Assembly (NCBI GenBank): GCA_965250225.1
Contig: CBDFNQ010000037.1
Coordinates: 72,862 to 136,861, forward strand
Direction: 5' to 3'
DNA length: 64,000 nt
Source: Gammaproteobacteria bacterium
GTDB taxonomy: Bacteria; Pseudomonadota; Gammaproteobacteria; Eutrophobiales; Eutrophobiaceae
Shown here: piece by piece, positions 52,772-62,450 of the stretch
Position numbering within the stretch: position 1 is the first letter of the stretch
Layout: each line of letters starts with the position of its first letter
The notes under the pieces: generated by a model
What the model was told of the DNA's origin: nothing
Seen by the model: only the letters and a program-made list of their open reading frames with translations
The model's database searches: none
Program-made: the position numbers and the translations under genes

Positions 52772-53482
52772 ATGAATGATCAAAAACGTTTTGCACATCC
52801 GTTGATTAGCGATTCCGATTTGACACGCGAATCGTGGAAGGTCTTTCAGATCATGGCGGAGTTTGTCGAGGGCTTTGAAAAGTTATCGGGTTGTACGCCC
52901 TCAGTCAGTATGTTTGGATCGGCGCGCTTCAAGTCCGGTCACTCGTATTACAAGCTGTCTGAAGAGATCGCACAAAAACTTTCGAATGCTGGCTTTTCCA
53001 TCGTCAGTGGTGGCGGTCCGGGTTTAATGGAGGCGTTTAATAAGGGCGCTTACGACGGTTCGTCAGACAGTATTGGGCTGAATATTTCATTGCCCCATGA
53101 ACAGGGTTCGAATGATTTTCAGAATGTGTCTTTGTATTTTCGCCATTTTTTTTCACGTAAAGTGATGTTTGTTAAGTATGCCTCGGCCTATGTGGTCTTG
53201 CCGGGTGGCTTTGGCACCCTGGACGAACTTGCTGAAATTTTAACCCTGACCCAAACCGGCATGAGCAAGTCAATTCCCATCATCCTGGTAGGAACGGATT
53301 TTTGGCGTGGGCTGATAGGCTGGTTCAAGGATACATTAGTGGCTGAAGGCACGATCAATCCAGAGGATATTGATCTATTTACCCTGGTTGATAAACCGGA
53401 ACAGGTTGTCGAAACCATATTCAATTATTATGAAGAACGAGGATTTGAGCTGTCATCTCATTATCAGGAATCAAAACTTTAA
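52772..53482 (+). CDS. LOG family (TIGR00730) protein, putative nucleotide 5'-monophosphate nucleosidase
   Basis: The motifs GGGPGLMEA and PGGFGTLDE are present. Confidence 0.8.
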   Translation: MNDQKRFAHPLISDSDLTRESWKVFQIMAEFVEGFEKLSGCTPSVSMFGSARFKSGHSYYKLSEEIAQKLSNAGFSIVSGGGPGLMEAFNKGAYDGSSDSIGLNISLPHEQGSNDFQNVSLYFRHFFSRKVMFVKYASAYVVLPGGFGTLDELAEILTLTQTGMSKSIPIILVGTDFWRGLIGWFKDTLVAEGTINPEDIDLFTLVDKPEQVVETIFNYYEERGFELSSHYQESKL

Positions 53483-53498
53483 TAACACAGGTTTTATT

Positions 53499-53852
53499 AT
53501 GAAACAGTATTTAACACTTTGTCTTACACTCATTGCTATCAGCCTGTTCAGTATTTCTGTCAAGGCAGAAAATGTCGATGAACCACAGTTTGAAGCGGTA
53601 CCAGAGCCGCCGGATCTGCCTGACCCCATCGAAAATGGAGAAGCCATTGAACCAGAAGTAACCATTATTCAACGCGATGACGGGGTGATTGAGGAATATC
53701 GGGTCAATGGTTATTTATACAAAGTAAAGGTTACTCCGAGTGTTGGGCCGGTTTATTACCTGATTGATCAAAATGGTGATGGCCACATGGAGCGCATGAG
53801 TGATATTTATAATGATTTTATAGTGCCGCAATGGGTACTGTTTGAGTGGTAG
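53499..53852 (+). CDS. Secreted small protein, DUF2782-like
   Basis: The signal peptide is MKQYLTLCLTLIAISLFSISVKA. The core is TIIQRDDGVIEEYRVNGYLYKVKVTPSVGPVYYLIDQNGDG. The longer ORF beginning at 53370 overlaps the LOG gene and is unlikely. Confidence 0.5.
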   Translation: MKQYLTLCLTLIAISLFSISVKAENVDEPQFEAVPEPPDLPDPIENGEAIEPEVTIIQRDDGVIEEYRVNGYLYKVKVTPSVGPVYYLIDQNGDGHMERMSDIYNDFIVPQWVLFEW

Positions 53853-53856
53853 CAAG

Positions 53857-54238
53857 AGATCTTTGCACGGCAAGGATTGTTCGGCTTTGGCTGAAAAGTT
53901 TGTTCCAGACATTTTTACCCGAATATGTCCTATATTCGTCCTGCATCGCACTACCTCCCCCATGACCTCCACGGACGGAGGAAATACAAAAGGGTTGTAG
54001 GAACAACCCTTGCCTTGGGGTCGTCCAGACAATCCTGTTGCATTCCCGCCCTCCAATGGCGGTTATTCATCTTTTCTGCCATAGCGGCGTTAAAAATGCT
54101 CTAAAAGTGCTCATTTACTGCGTGTAAATTCCGTTTTTTAGAATATTTCCGCCTTGCCTACAGGGATGTAGGTAAGGGGCGAGAGCAGGACGCGGTAGCT
54201 TAGTCATGACAAAAAATATCTTTCGTGCAAAAAACTCC
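53857..54238 (+). repeat. Expanded copy (about 382 nt) of an inverted-repeat, hairpin-rich non-coding element (copy 1)
   Basis: Segments 53857-53881, 54025-54158 and 54206-54238 align by hand to 62451-62641. Two extra segments, 53882-54024 (143 nt) and 54159-54205 (47 nt), are absent from copy 2. Confidence 0.75.
53981..54011 (-). terminator. Candidate intrinsic terminator for mgtE, located inside the repeat's 143-nt extra segment
   Basis: On the minus strand the hairpin is AAGGGTTG-ttccta-CAACCCTT, followed by TTGTATTTC. It lies about 240 nt downstream of the mgtE stop. Confidence 0.4.
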
Positions 54239-54252
54239 TTTTATAAATAAAG

Positions 54253-55614
54253 TTAAGCAAGAAGAAACATCGTCCCCAGACCCAAAAAGGTCAAAAAGCC
54301 AACGACATCGGTTATGGTCGTTAATATCACTCCACCCGCGATAGCGGGATCGACGCCAAGCTGTTTTAGCGCCAATGGAATTGTCGCGCCGGCTATGGCT
54401 GCAATGATCAGGTTTATGATCATGGCAAGGCCAATGATTATCCCAAGATTTGTATCGTTAAACCAAAGAATAGTAATCGTTGCGACGACACTGGACCAGA
54501 TGATGCCGTTAATAGCACCAACGGCGAGTTCCTTACTGATTAAATGACGCACATTACGTTTGCCTAACTGGCCTGTTGCGATACCCCGAACCGCTATGGT
54601 GAGTGTCTGGTTGCCGGCAATGCCGCCCATGCTTGCAACGACAGGCATCAGTACCGCCAGAGCTACCAGTTGTTGGATAGAATCCTCAAAACGGCCAATG
54701 ACCCATGCGGCCAGAAATGCAGTCAATAAATTCACGCCTAACCAGGCAGCACGGTATTTGGTGCTGGTGATAATGGGGGCAAAGATGTCGTCATCACCGA
54801 GTCCTGCCATATTGCGCACGGCTTCTTCAGCCTCTTCCTGGATGACATCGACCACATCATCAATAGTAATACGACCGAGTAATAACCCGTTTTCATCTAC
54901 CACGGCGGCTGACACCCAGTCGCGTTTTTCAAATATCCTGGCCACATCATGCTCAGTTTGATCCGCTGTTATCCCGGCTTCTTCTATCATGACTTCGCCG
55001 ACTGTTAGTTCCGGGTCTTTGATCATGATGTCCATCAATGTGAGTACACCGAGATAGAGGTTGTCACGATCAACCACCATCAGATTGTCTGTTTGAGTGG
55101 GTAGTTCTTCGCGATGACCCAGGAAACGTAGATAACGGGTAACCGTCGCCAAAGTAGCGTCAGTGCGTACAGGAATGACGTCTGTACTCATAAGGCCGCC
55201 AGCCGTGTCTTCCGGGTAGGACAGTAATGAGGAAAGGCGTTGGCGATTCAGCACGTCCATCGACAACAGGACGCGGTCTTGGATGTTCTCAGGCAAGTCC
55301 TGAATGATGTCTGTCAGATCGTCATCATCGAGGTCTTTGGTGACTTCAACCACTTCGTGCGGTTGCATTTGCTCAAGCAAACGGCTGCGGACACTGTCTT
55401 GAACATGACTGAGTACGTCGCCACCGATTTCTGTGTCAATCAATGGCCAGATAAATTCGAGTTCTTTGGCCGGCAGACTTTCTAACAAGTCAGCGATTTC
55501 AGAAGGGTGAACATCTGTCAGAATGGTGCGCGCAATGTCTTCCTCACCAGCAGAAATAGCAGTGTGTAGTTCATCAATCACGCTGGGGATCAGGAATTGC
55601 CCGGTTTCGTTCAT
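54253..55614 (-). CDS. mgtE: Magnesium transporter MgtE
   Basis: It has an MgtE N-domain, a CBS pair and a C-terminal 5-TM domain (PVVASMGGIAGNQTLT, ITTITDVVGFLTFLGL). Confidence 0.9.
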   Translation of the reverse strand: MNETGQFLIPSVIDELHTAISAGEEDIARTILTDVHPSEIADLLESLPAKELEFIWPLIDTEIGGDVLSHVQDSVRSRLLEQMQPHEVVEVTKDLDDDDLTDIIQDLPENIQDRVLLSMDVLNRQRLSSLLSYPEDTAGGLMSTDVIPVRTDATLATVTRYLRFLGHREELPTQTDNLMVVDRDNLYLGVLTLMDIMIKDPELTVGEVMIEEAGITADQTEHDVARIFEKRDWVSAAVVDENGLLLGRITIDDVVDVIQEEAEEAVRNMAGLGDDDIFAPIITSTKYRAAWLGVNLLTAFLAAWVIGRFEDSIQQLVALAVLMPVVASMGGIAGNQTLTIAVRGIATGQLGKRNVRHLISKELAVGAINGIIWSSVVATITILWFNDTNLGIIIGLAMIINLIIAAIAGATIPLALKQLGVDPAIAGGVILTTITDVVGFLTFLGLGTMFLLA

Positions 55615-55752
55615 AGCTACTGGCTCAGAATGTTGCGGTGGATTCTAACAGCTAGAAACTGCCATATGGAGATAAATTTACAAAACGGATTTTATCTAGT
55701 TTGATCAGAAAGAAACCAAACGAAAGCAAACGTGGATTAAAGCAATGTCTGC

Positions 55753-57486
55753 TTAATTCGTAATGTCCATTAACTCGGCAATATCCTGGCCGTTTTCCAT
55801 CTTCAGGGCTTTTTTAGCCAGCCTGGTCAGTTTTCCGATATCACTATTGTTAATGATTTGTTTTATTTCGAGTAAGGCTGCCGGGTGGACGCTAAAATCC
55901 CGTAGTCCCAACCCAAGTAACAGGCGTGTATAGCGTGTATCACCGGCCATTTCACCACACATGCCGACCGGAATATTATGAGTAGCCCCTGCCTGCAGAG
56001 TTGAGTGAATGAGTTTTAATACTGCGGGATGCAAAGGGTCATAGAGGTAATTCACTTCATCATCCACACGATCAATGGCCATTGTGTATTGGATCAGGTC
56101 ATTGGTTCCGATTGAAAGAAAATCGAGATGGTTGGCAAAGATCCCGGCACAGACCGCAGCTGCCGGGACTTCGATCATTGCTCCGAGCTCTAGCTTTTTG
56201 TCATAAGCAATATTTTTTTCATCCAGATCTGCTTTCAGCTCATCAATGATCTGGATGATTTGATTGACCTCTTTGAGGTTGGAGATCATGGGTATAAGTA
56301 AACGCACTGGCCCTTTGGCCGATACGCGTAAAATAGCTCTGAGTTGCGGTCGAAATAGCGATTGTTCTTTCAGACACAAACGTATAGCGCGGAGACCGAG
56401 CGCAGGGTTTGATAAAACCGGGCCGGCGCTTCGGCCACCGCCAACTTCTTTGTCGGCACCAAGATCCAGAGTGCGTATGGTTAAGGGTAACCCCTTGAGA
56501 ATGCGAATCACCTTTGAATATGTTTTGAAATGTTCTTCTTCGTCGGGCGGCGTTTCACGATTCATGTATAAAAATTCAGTGCGATAGAGTCCGACGCCTT
56601 TTGCTCCGACTTTTCTTACCGTGTCGAAATCGCGCGGCAGTTCAATATTTGCCTGTAAATGAATTGCCGTCTTGTCGAGGGTCTTAGCTGGTGCATTTTT
56701 GAGCTTGCTCAAACTGGAGTAGTAGGCTTTTTCCTGTTTTTGCAAGGAACGATAATGTTTCAGAGTGGATTTGTCGGGGTCGATCAGAACGATGCCGTTT
56801 GAGCCGTCCAGAATGACGGAATCTTCTTCATGAATATAGCGTAGCGCTTGGGGGATGCCGACAATGGCAGGGATACCCAGGCTTCGGGCAAGGATAGCAG
56901 TATGAGACGTTGGGCCACCATACTCCGTGGCAAACCCCGTGATACCATGGTGCTGCATGAGCACGGTATCGGCGGGCGTCAGATCATCTGCCAGGACAAT
57001 ATATCCTTTAAGACGGTTATCAGGCTCTTCGTGTCGAAGTGGTGTCTGGTTTAATAACACCCGTTGAATACGATTTACTACATGATCAACATCATCTTTG
57101 CGTGTTTTTAAATACGAGTCATTCATTTCTTCAAATACATTGACTAATGCGTCGCGTTGTAGTTTTAAGGCCCATTCAGCATTACACAAAGAGTTTCTGA
57201 TCAAACGCAGAGGTTCTTGTATCAGGACATTGTCATCCAGCATCAGCAGGTGGGCATCAATAAACGCAGCAATGTCACCGGCAGCTGAAACCGGGACGTG
57301 TTCACGAATGGCGCGAAGCTGGAGTCTGGCGCCGGTGACGGCTTCGTCAAATCGTGTGACTTCAGTATTGACGTCGGATTCAGTGATTTTGTATTCCGGG
57401 ATATCAAGTTGATCACGTTCGATAATGTGCGCTTTGCCGATCGCTATTCCGCGAGAGACCTTCATGCCATAGAGAGCCACGGTCAT
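55753..57486 (-). CDS. ptsI: Phosphoenolpyruvate-protein phosphotransferase (PTS Enzyme I, no GAF domain)
   Basis: The active-site His region is GGPTSHTAILARSLGIPA. The PEP-utilising C-terminal motifs are FLSIGTNDLIQYT and GMCGEMAG. It is 577 aa. Confidence 0.9.
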   Translation of the reverse strand: MTVALYGMKVSRGIAIGKAHIIERDQLDIPEYKITESDVNTEVTRFDEAVTGARLQLRAIREHVPVSAAGDIAAFIDAHLLMLDDNVLIQEPLRLIRNSLCNAEWALKLQRDALVNVFEEMNDSYLKTRKDDVDHVVNRIQRVLLNQTPLRHEEPDNRLKGYIVLADDLTPADTVLMQHHGITGFATEYGGPTSHTAILARSLGIPAIVGIPQALRYIHEEDSVILDGSNGIVLIDPDKSTLKHYRSLQKQEKAYYSSLSKLKNAPAKTLDKTAIHLQANIELPRDFDTVRKVGAKGVGLYRTEFLYMNRETPPDEEEHFKTYSKVIRILKGLPLTIRTLDLGADKEVGGGRSAGPVLSNPALGLRAIRLCLKEQSLFRPQLRAILRVSAKGPVRLLIPMISNLKEVNQIIQIIDELKADLDEKNIAYDKKLELGAMIEVPAAAVCAGIFANHLDFLSIGTNDLIQYTMAIDRVDDEVNYLYDPLHPAVLKLIHSTLQAGATHNIPVGMCGEMAGDTRYTRLLLGLGLRDFSVHPAALLEIKQIINNSDIGKLTRLAKKALKMENGQDIAELMDITN

Positions 57487-57758
57487 TCGTTCTCTCCAAA
57501 CTTGTCTTTTATTAACGCCTCTATTGAATCAAGTGCGTCGTTTTCATCTTTGCCCGATGCCGTAATGTGTATTTCTGATCCCTTGCCGGCGGCAAGCATC
57601 ATGACGCCCATGATACTTTTGCCGCTGACGTCCTTGCCGTTATGTTGAATATAAATCTCAGCTTCAAATCTGGAAGCGGTTTGTACAAATTTGGCGGCGG
57701 CACGGGCGTGCAATCCCAGTTTATTGATGATGGTTATATCTCTGCTTGCCATTCTCAT
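57483..57758 (-). CDS. ptsH: Phosphocarrier protein HPr
   Basis: The His-15 site is GLHARAA. The Ser-46 region is SGKSIMGVM. An ATGA overlap joins it to the upstream EIIA gene, and the alternative start is Met3. Confidence 0.85.
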   Translation of the reverse strand: MRMASRDITIINKLGLHARAAAKFVQTASRFEAEIYIQHNGKDVSGKSIMGVMMLAAGKGSEIHITASGKDENDALDSIEALIKDKFGENE

Positions 57759-58147
57759 TCTCCATTGATCGCGAGAACACCATCGCGGCCACCACTTAAG
57801 GCTTTTTCAGCCAGAGAGTCCAGATCCAGTTCCGGATAATTTAATACGCGTATTAACATCGAGAGATTCAGGCCAGCGATAACGCGTATATTATTTTGTT
57901 CTATAAGTTGGGCGGCGATATTGCTTGGAGTAGCACCATATAGATCAGTTAGCACCAAGACACCATCGCCAGAATCAAGAAGTTGCAGGTATTCAGTTGC
58001 CTGCTCTGTTAATTCAGCCGGGTCGCAATCTCGGGATGCCATTAATAATTTTGCATTCAAGGGACAGTCCCCAAGCATAAGTGAGGTGGTGCCCAAAATT
58101 GCAGGTCCAATTCCGTCGTGTGAGATAATTAATAGTCCTACGCTCAC
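57755..58147 (-). CDS. PTS EIIA component, mannose/fructose family (soluble, stand-alone)
   Basis: The N-terminus LLIISHDGIG carries the phosphorylatable His. It is 130 aa. No EIIB, EIIC or EIID gene is nearby. Confidence 0.75.
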   Translation of the reverse strand: MSVGLLIISHDGIGPAILGTTSLMLGDCPLNAKLLMASRDCDPAELTEQATEYLQLLDSGDGVLVLTDLYGATPSNIAAQLIEQNNIRVIAGLNLSMLIRVLNYPELDLDSLAEKALSGGRDGVLAINGE

Positions 58148-58156
58148 AGAAACATC

Positions 58157-59032
58157 CTAAAGTTTTGTATCACGATGTCTGAGAATAACGTTCTTTCCCA
58201 GGTTGATGAAATGATCAGATAATTCTTTTGCAAGAAAGACGGAACGATGTTGTCCTCCAGTACAACCAATCGCAATGGTTAAATAACTGCGATTGTCTTC
58301 CTCAAATTGTTTTATCCAGCGTTCGAGAAATTGTTTGGTGTCGTTAAGCATTTCGATAACCTTGTCTTGAGCTGACAAAAAATCTGCAACTGGTTTATCA
58401 AGGCCAGTAAACGGGCGTAAATTTCTCTCCCAGTGCGGATTGGGTAAACAACGCACATCAAAGACAAAATCAGCATCTTGAGGGATACCATTTTTAAAAC
58501 CAAATGATAAAAATTGCAAGGACAGACTTTTTGTCTGATGTTTCGCAATACGTTTGCGTACGGTATTCCGCAGTTGATGTAACAGGCTATGGCTGGTATC
58601 AATGCGGATGTCACAGCGTGCCGACAAAGGTTCCATCAACAACCTTTCCTTTTTTATTGCGTCAGAAAGAGATATTTCATCAGAGGAAAGCGGGTGCTTA
58701 CGTCGTGTTTCACTGAAGCGTTTTGTTAGAACATCATCTGCTGCTTCGATAAAAACAAGCTCGACAGAGATATTGCCTTGATTCATTTTATCAATGGAGT
58801 TAGATAGTGTAGTGAAATCATAAGCAGGATCACGAGCGTCGATTCCGACACCGACTTCTTGCGGTAATGAATTGGTTGGGTCAGACAATTGATTTACGAA
58901 TTCATCGAGCAAGGTGATCGGAAGATTGTCAATGCAATAGATGCCGAGATCTTCCAGCGAATTAAGCACAATAGTTTTCCCCGCGCCGGATAATCCGCTG
59001 ACGATGATCAGGCGTCTGGGTTTACTGGGCAT
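58157..59032 (-). CDS. rapZ: RNase adapter protein RapZ
   Basis: The Walker A motif is VSGLSGAGKT. The C-terminal motif is IGCTGGQHRSV. Confidence 0.9.
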   Translation of the reverse strand: MPSKPRRLIIVSGLSGAGKTIVLNSLEDLGIYCIDNLPITLLDEFVNQLSDPTNSLPQEVGVGIDARDPAYDFTTLSNSIDKMNQGNISVELVFIEAADDVLTKRFSETRRKHPLSSDEISLSDAIKKERLLMEPLSARCDIRIDTSHSLLHQLRNTVRKRIAKHQTKSLSLQFLSFGFKNGIPQDADFVFDVRCLPNPHWERNLRPFTGLDKPVADFLSAQDKVIEMLNDTKQFLERWIKQFEEDNRSYLTIAIGCTGGQHRSVFLAKELSDHFINLGKNVILRHRDTKL

Positions 59033-60036
59033 CAGCTTGCGCTCCGTTCAATTAACAGTCGTTGACGTTCGGTAAATTCATCGGCTGCGTTATAACCACT
59101 ACTTCTGAGAATATGATTTCGTGCAGCACATTCGAGCAACACTGCCATATTGCGACCAGGAGCCACTGGCAAGGTAATTTCCGGTACGTCCAGATCCAGA
59201 ACGTTTCGATCACGGTAACTACCTTCGAGACGATCCAGCTTTAACATGCCCTTATTGTCCATGGGCTCAAGGCGAGCGATTAAGCGTAAATATTTATTAC
59301 TTTTTATCGCACTGTCACCAAATAATTCGCGCACATTAACCACACCAAGACCGCGAACTTCCAGAAAATCCTGTAAGGCTTCAGGGCAGGTGCCATTGAT
59401 GATGTCTGGTGCGATCTTCGAAAATTGTGGTGCATCGTCAGCGATTAAACGGCTTCCTCGAGTGATCAGTTCCATGGCCAGTTCACTCTTTCCGATGCCG
59501 CTGGGGCCAGTGATGAGCACTCCAATGGCCATGACTTCCATAAAGACACCATGCAGGGTTAGGGTATCGGCGAATAAATTTGTCAGGTAATAATGCAGTG
59601 AGTCGGTTATTTGAATGCTGGTGAGAGAGCTGGAAAATAATGCTGTTTTTTTCTCGTTGCATTTACGTTTCAGGATCGTTGGCACTTCACAGCCTTCTGC
59701 AATGATGACACAGGCAGGGTCATTATTAAAAAGCTGTCGGAGTGCATCCTGACGAAAAATATTTTTCAGACTATTAATATAATTCAGTTCTATCTCGCCA
59801 AGGATTTGAATTTGATGTGGATGGATTAAATTCAGATAACCAACTAACGATCTGGCAGTCGATTCATCTTTGGTGGCTTTTCTTTTTTTTGGTTTGGAAT
59901 CTAGATCGTCGCGAGGCGTTTCCGGATAAATGACACGTTTTCCTCCAAGTTGACCCGCGACCCAGCCCAGGTGTAATTTTTGATGGTGTTGGTTAAACAG
60001 ATCCTCAATACTGATTTCGTTTTTGGATTCGCTCAT
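59032..60036 (-). CDS. hprK: HPr kinase/phosphorylase
   Basis: The P-loop is GPSGIGKSELAMELI. The signature is LEVRGLGVVNV. The gene lies between ptsN and rapZ. Confidence 0.85.
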   Translation of the reverse strand: MSESKNEISIEDLFNQHHQKLHLGWVAGQLGGKRVIYPETPRDDLDSKPKKRKATKDESTARSLVGYLNLIHPHQIQILGEIELNYINSLKNIFRQDALRQLFNNDPACVIIAEGCEVPTILKRKCNEKKTALFSSSLTSIQITDSLHYYLTNLFADTLTLHGVFMEVMAIGVLITGPSGIGKSELAMELITRGSRLIADDAPQFSKIAPDIINGTCPEALQDFLEVRGLGVVNVRELFGDSAIKSNKYLRLIARLEPMDNKGMLKLDRLEGSYRDRNVLDLDVPEITLPVAPGRNMAVLLECAARNHILRSSGYNAADEFTERQRLLIERSAS

Positions 60037-60041
60037 GGAGG

Positions 60042-60494
60042 TTAGCCCGTCAGTAACTTAAAAACGGCCTCCTCGTTGTAAGCGCGGCGAAGTCTGGATA
60101 ATAAATCTTCATCGCAGAACATTTCAGCTAGCTTTGCCAATATTTGTAAATGTTCTTCGGTAGAGTCTTCTGGTACCAGCAGGCAAAAGAACAGATCAAC
60201 CGGTTCAGAGTCCGGAGCATCATAATCAACCCCTCCACGCTGTTGCATCTGTACGAAAGCTGCCACAGTTTGTTTGTTATTCTCCATTCGACTATGAGGG
60301 ATGGCAATGCCGTGGCCCAAACCTGTACTGCCAAGACGTTCGCGTTCAAGCAAACAATCAAATATGGCACCTTGTTGTAACTCAGGGTTAGCTTTTGAGA
60401 GTAATCCAGAAATTTTCTCTAGAGCAGATTTTTTACTGGTGGCTTCACAAGCGCATTCAATGCTGTTGACGGACAATATGTCGGAGATTTGCAT
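60042..60494 (-). CDS. ptsN: PTS IIA-like nitrogen regulatory protein PtsN (EIIA-Ntr)
   Basis: The motif is ERERLGSTGLGHGIAIPH, which contains the active His. The gene lies downstream of hpf and rpoN. Confidence 0.85.
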   Translation of the reverse strand: MQISDILSVNSIECACEATSKKSALEKISGLLSKANPELQQGAIFDCLLERERLGSTGLGHGIAIPHSRMENNKQTVAAFVQMQQRGGVDYDAPDSEPVDLFFCLLVPEDSTEEHLQILAKLAEMFCDEDLLSRLRRAYNEEAVFKLLTG

Positions 60495-60549
60495 GAAATT
60501 TACACAATGGTTGTATAAAAAAAATATAAAAAGTATGGTGCTTTATTGT

Positions 60550-60876
60550 TTACACAGCACTTTGGTTTTTGATAGCACCTTCCGTTTTACGATGATCCTT
60601 CATTTTTTCTTTATGTTTTTTTACCTGTCGGTCGAGTTTGTCAATCATCGAGTCAATCGCGGCATACATATTTTCTTCCACTGATTCAGCAAATAGATTT
60701 GCACCGTTTACATGGATCGTGGCTTCAGCTTTTTGACGTTCTTTTTCGACCGATAAAATAACATGAACATTGGTCATATGATCAAAATGACGTTCCAGCT
60801 TCTCGACTTTGGTTTCTACAGAAGCTTTAAGTGAATCAGTGATGTCAACGTGATGGCCGGTTATGTTTAGCTGCAT
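60550..60876 (-). CDS. hpf: Ribosome hibernation promoting factor (short HPF)
   Basis: The N-terminus is MQLNITGHHVDITDSLKASVETKVEKLERHF. It is 108 aa and lies directly after rpoN. Confidence 0.85.
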   Translation of the reverse strand: MQLNITGHHVDITDSLKASVETKVEKLERHFDHMTNVHVILSVEKERQKAEATIHVNGANLFAESVEENMYAAIDSMIDKLDRQVKKHKEKMKDHRKTEGAIKNQSAV

Positions 60877-60926
60877 AGTTTGCTTGCTCCCAATGATAAA
60901 ATTTTAAAGTGATTGTCCCGGTAGAG

Positions 60927-62402
60927 TTAGACGAGGCGTTTTCTTTCGTTAGAAGGGGGTATTGTCATTGCCTCACGATATTTAGCTACTGTACGGCGAG
61001 CAACTTTTACTCCCTGATCTGATAATAAAGCGGCAATTTTATTGTCGCTCAATGGTTTGCTAGGTGTTTCAGCGGCGATAAGTTTTTTGATGACGGCCCG
61101 AATTGCTGTTGAAGAAGCAGCACCGCCATAATTCGTACTGACATGACTGGAAAAGAAATATTTCAGTTCAAAAATTCCGCCCGGTGTATGCATATATTTG
61201 CGTGTAGTGACACGAGAGATAGTCGATTCGTGCATGCCGAGAGTTTCAGCGATATCGTGTAAGACGAGAGGTTTCATGGCTTCGTCACCATATTCAAGGA
61301 ACGCGCGTTGTCGTTCAACAATAGCGGTAGCAACACGCAACAGAGTCTCGCTGCGGCTTTGTAAACTTTTAATAAACCACCTTGCCTCTTGTAAATGGGA
61401 TTTTAATGAATTGTTGTCGACGCTGTTATCTGCTCGACGGATCATCTTGGCATAGCCAGAGTTGATACGCAGTTGTGGTAAGGAGTCGGAATTGAGTTCT
61501 ACTTTCCACACGCCGTTAACTTTTTTTACATAGACATCCGGAACTACATATTCTGTTCGTGTTTCCTGAACTTGCCCACCTGGTCGGGGATTCATTGACT
61601 GGATTAACTCAATCACCTGCTGTAGTTCTTCGCGATCCAGCTTCATGCGACGCAGGAGCTGATTAAAATCGTGAGCTGCAAGGGAATCAAGATGGTTTTT
61701 TACCAGATCATTTGCTTCATTTAGCCATTGTGTTTCTGGATCGCATTGCGCTAACTGTAATGACAGACATTCTTTAAGGTCTCTTGCCGCTACCCCTGTG
61801 GGTTCCATGGCCTGTATCAATCGAAGGACTGCAGTGACTTCGTCGAGCTCTATCTCGATTTCATCGTTACTATTGTCCAGAGATTCAAGGATGTCATCCG
61901 TGCTACAACTGAGATACCCATCGTCATCCAGAGCATCGATGATCGAGATTGCAATGGCCTTATCTGTTTCGCTAACAGGGGTGAGGTTTAATTGCCAAAG
62001 CAAATGATCGCGCAGAGATTTTTCCTGGGAATCCTGATTTTCAAGCAGGTTATAATTAGCACTATCGGCATTGCTTTTCGTATGGCTGGTGCCGCCATCG
62101 TAGATATCTTCCCAAGCGGTATCGACCGGTAGCTCGTCAGGTATGGCGTCGTTTTCTTTGTCAGTAATACTGGCTTCTTCCTTTGCTGGTTTTTCCGGCT
62201 TAGATTCTTCGGAAGATTCCTTTATCTTATGTTCAGCAGTGAAATCATCCACCGCCTCTTCCAGCATCATGTTTGATTCCAATGCATCCTGAACCTCTGC
62301 CTGTAACTCAAGGCTGGATAATTGCAGCAGGCGTATGGCCTGTTGCAATTGCGGTGTCATGGTCAGGCTTTGACCGATTTTTAGTTGTAAAGACGTCTTC
62401 AT
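60927..62402 (-). CDS. rpoN: RNA polymerase sigma-54 factor
   Basis: The region I N-terminus is [23 protein letters not shown]. The HTH and RpoN box (ARRTVAKYR) are at the C-terminus. Confidence 0.95.
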   Translation of the reverse strand: MKTSLQLKIGQSLTMTPQLQQAIRLLQLSSLELQAEVQDALESNMMLEEAVDDFTAEHKIKESSEESKPEKPAKEEASITDKENDAIPDELPVDTAWEDIYDGGTSHTKSNADSANYNLLENQDSQEKSLRDHLLWQLNLTPVSETDKAIAISIIDALDDDGYLSCSTDDILESLDNSNDEIEIELDEVTAVLRLIQAMEPTGVAARDLKECLSLQLAQCDPETQWLNEANDLVKNHLDSLAAHDFNQLLRRMKLDREELQQVIELIQSMNPRPGGQVQETRTEYVVPDVYVKKVNGVWKVELNSDSLPQLRINSGYAKMIRRADNSVDNNSLKSHLQEARWFIKSLQSRSETLLRVATAIVERQRAFLEYGDEAMKPLVLHDIAETLGMHESTISRVTTRKYMHTPGGIFELKYFFSSHVSTNYGGAASSTAIRAVIKKLIAAETPSKPLSDNKIAALLSDQGVKVARRTVAKYREAMTIPPSNERKRLV

Positions 62403-62450
62403 ATGAATGTAAGTCTAACTTATAAATTCCTTTAAGATATTTTTATAATG

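Noticed and set aside
53715-54056. ORFs of 113 aa and 62 aa on the minus strand running through the repeat element and into the DUF2782 gene.
   Set aside because: They overlap a well-supported + strand gene and cross the element's hairpins. Their composition is not protein-like and no motif is recognisable. The shorter copy of the element (62451-62641) lacks the corresponding sequence.
55615-55752. Possible Mg2+ riboswitch (M-box) or sigma-54 promoter in the mgtE 5' region.
   Set aside because: The region is only 138 nt, which is short for an M-box aptamer plus expression platform. I could not see the conserved paired elements. The TGGCAG...GCT candidate has the wrong GG-GC spacing by 1 nt.
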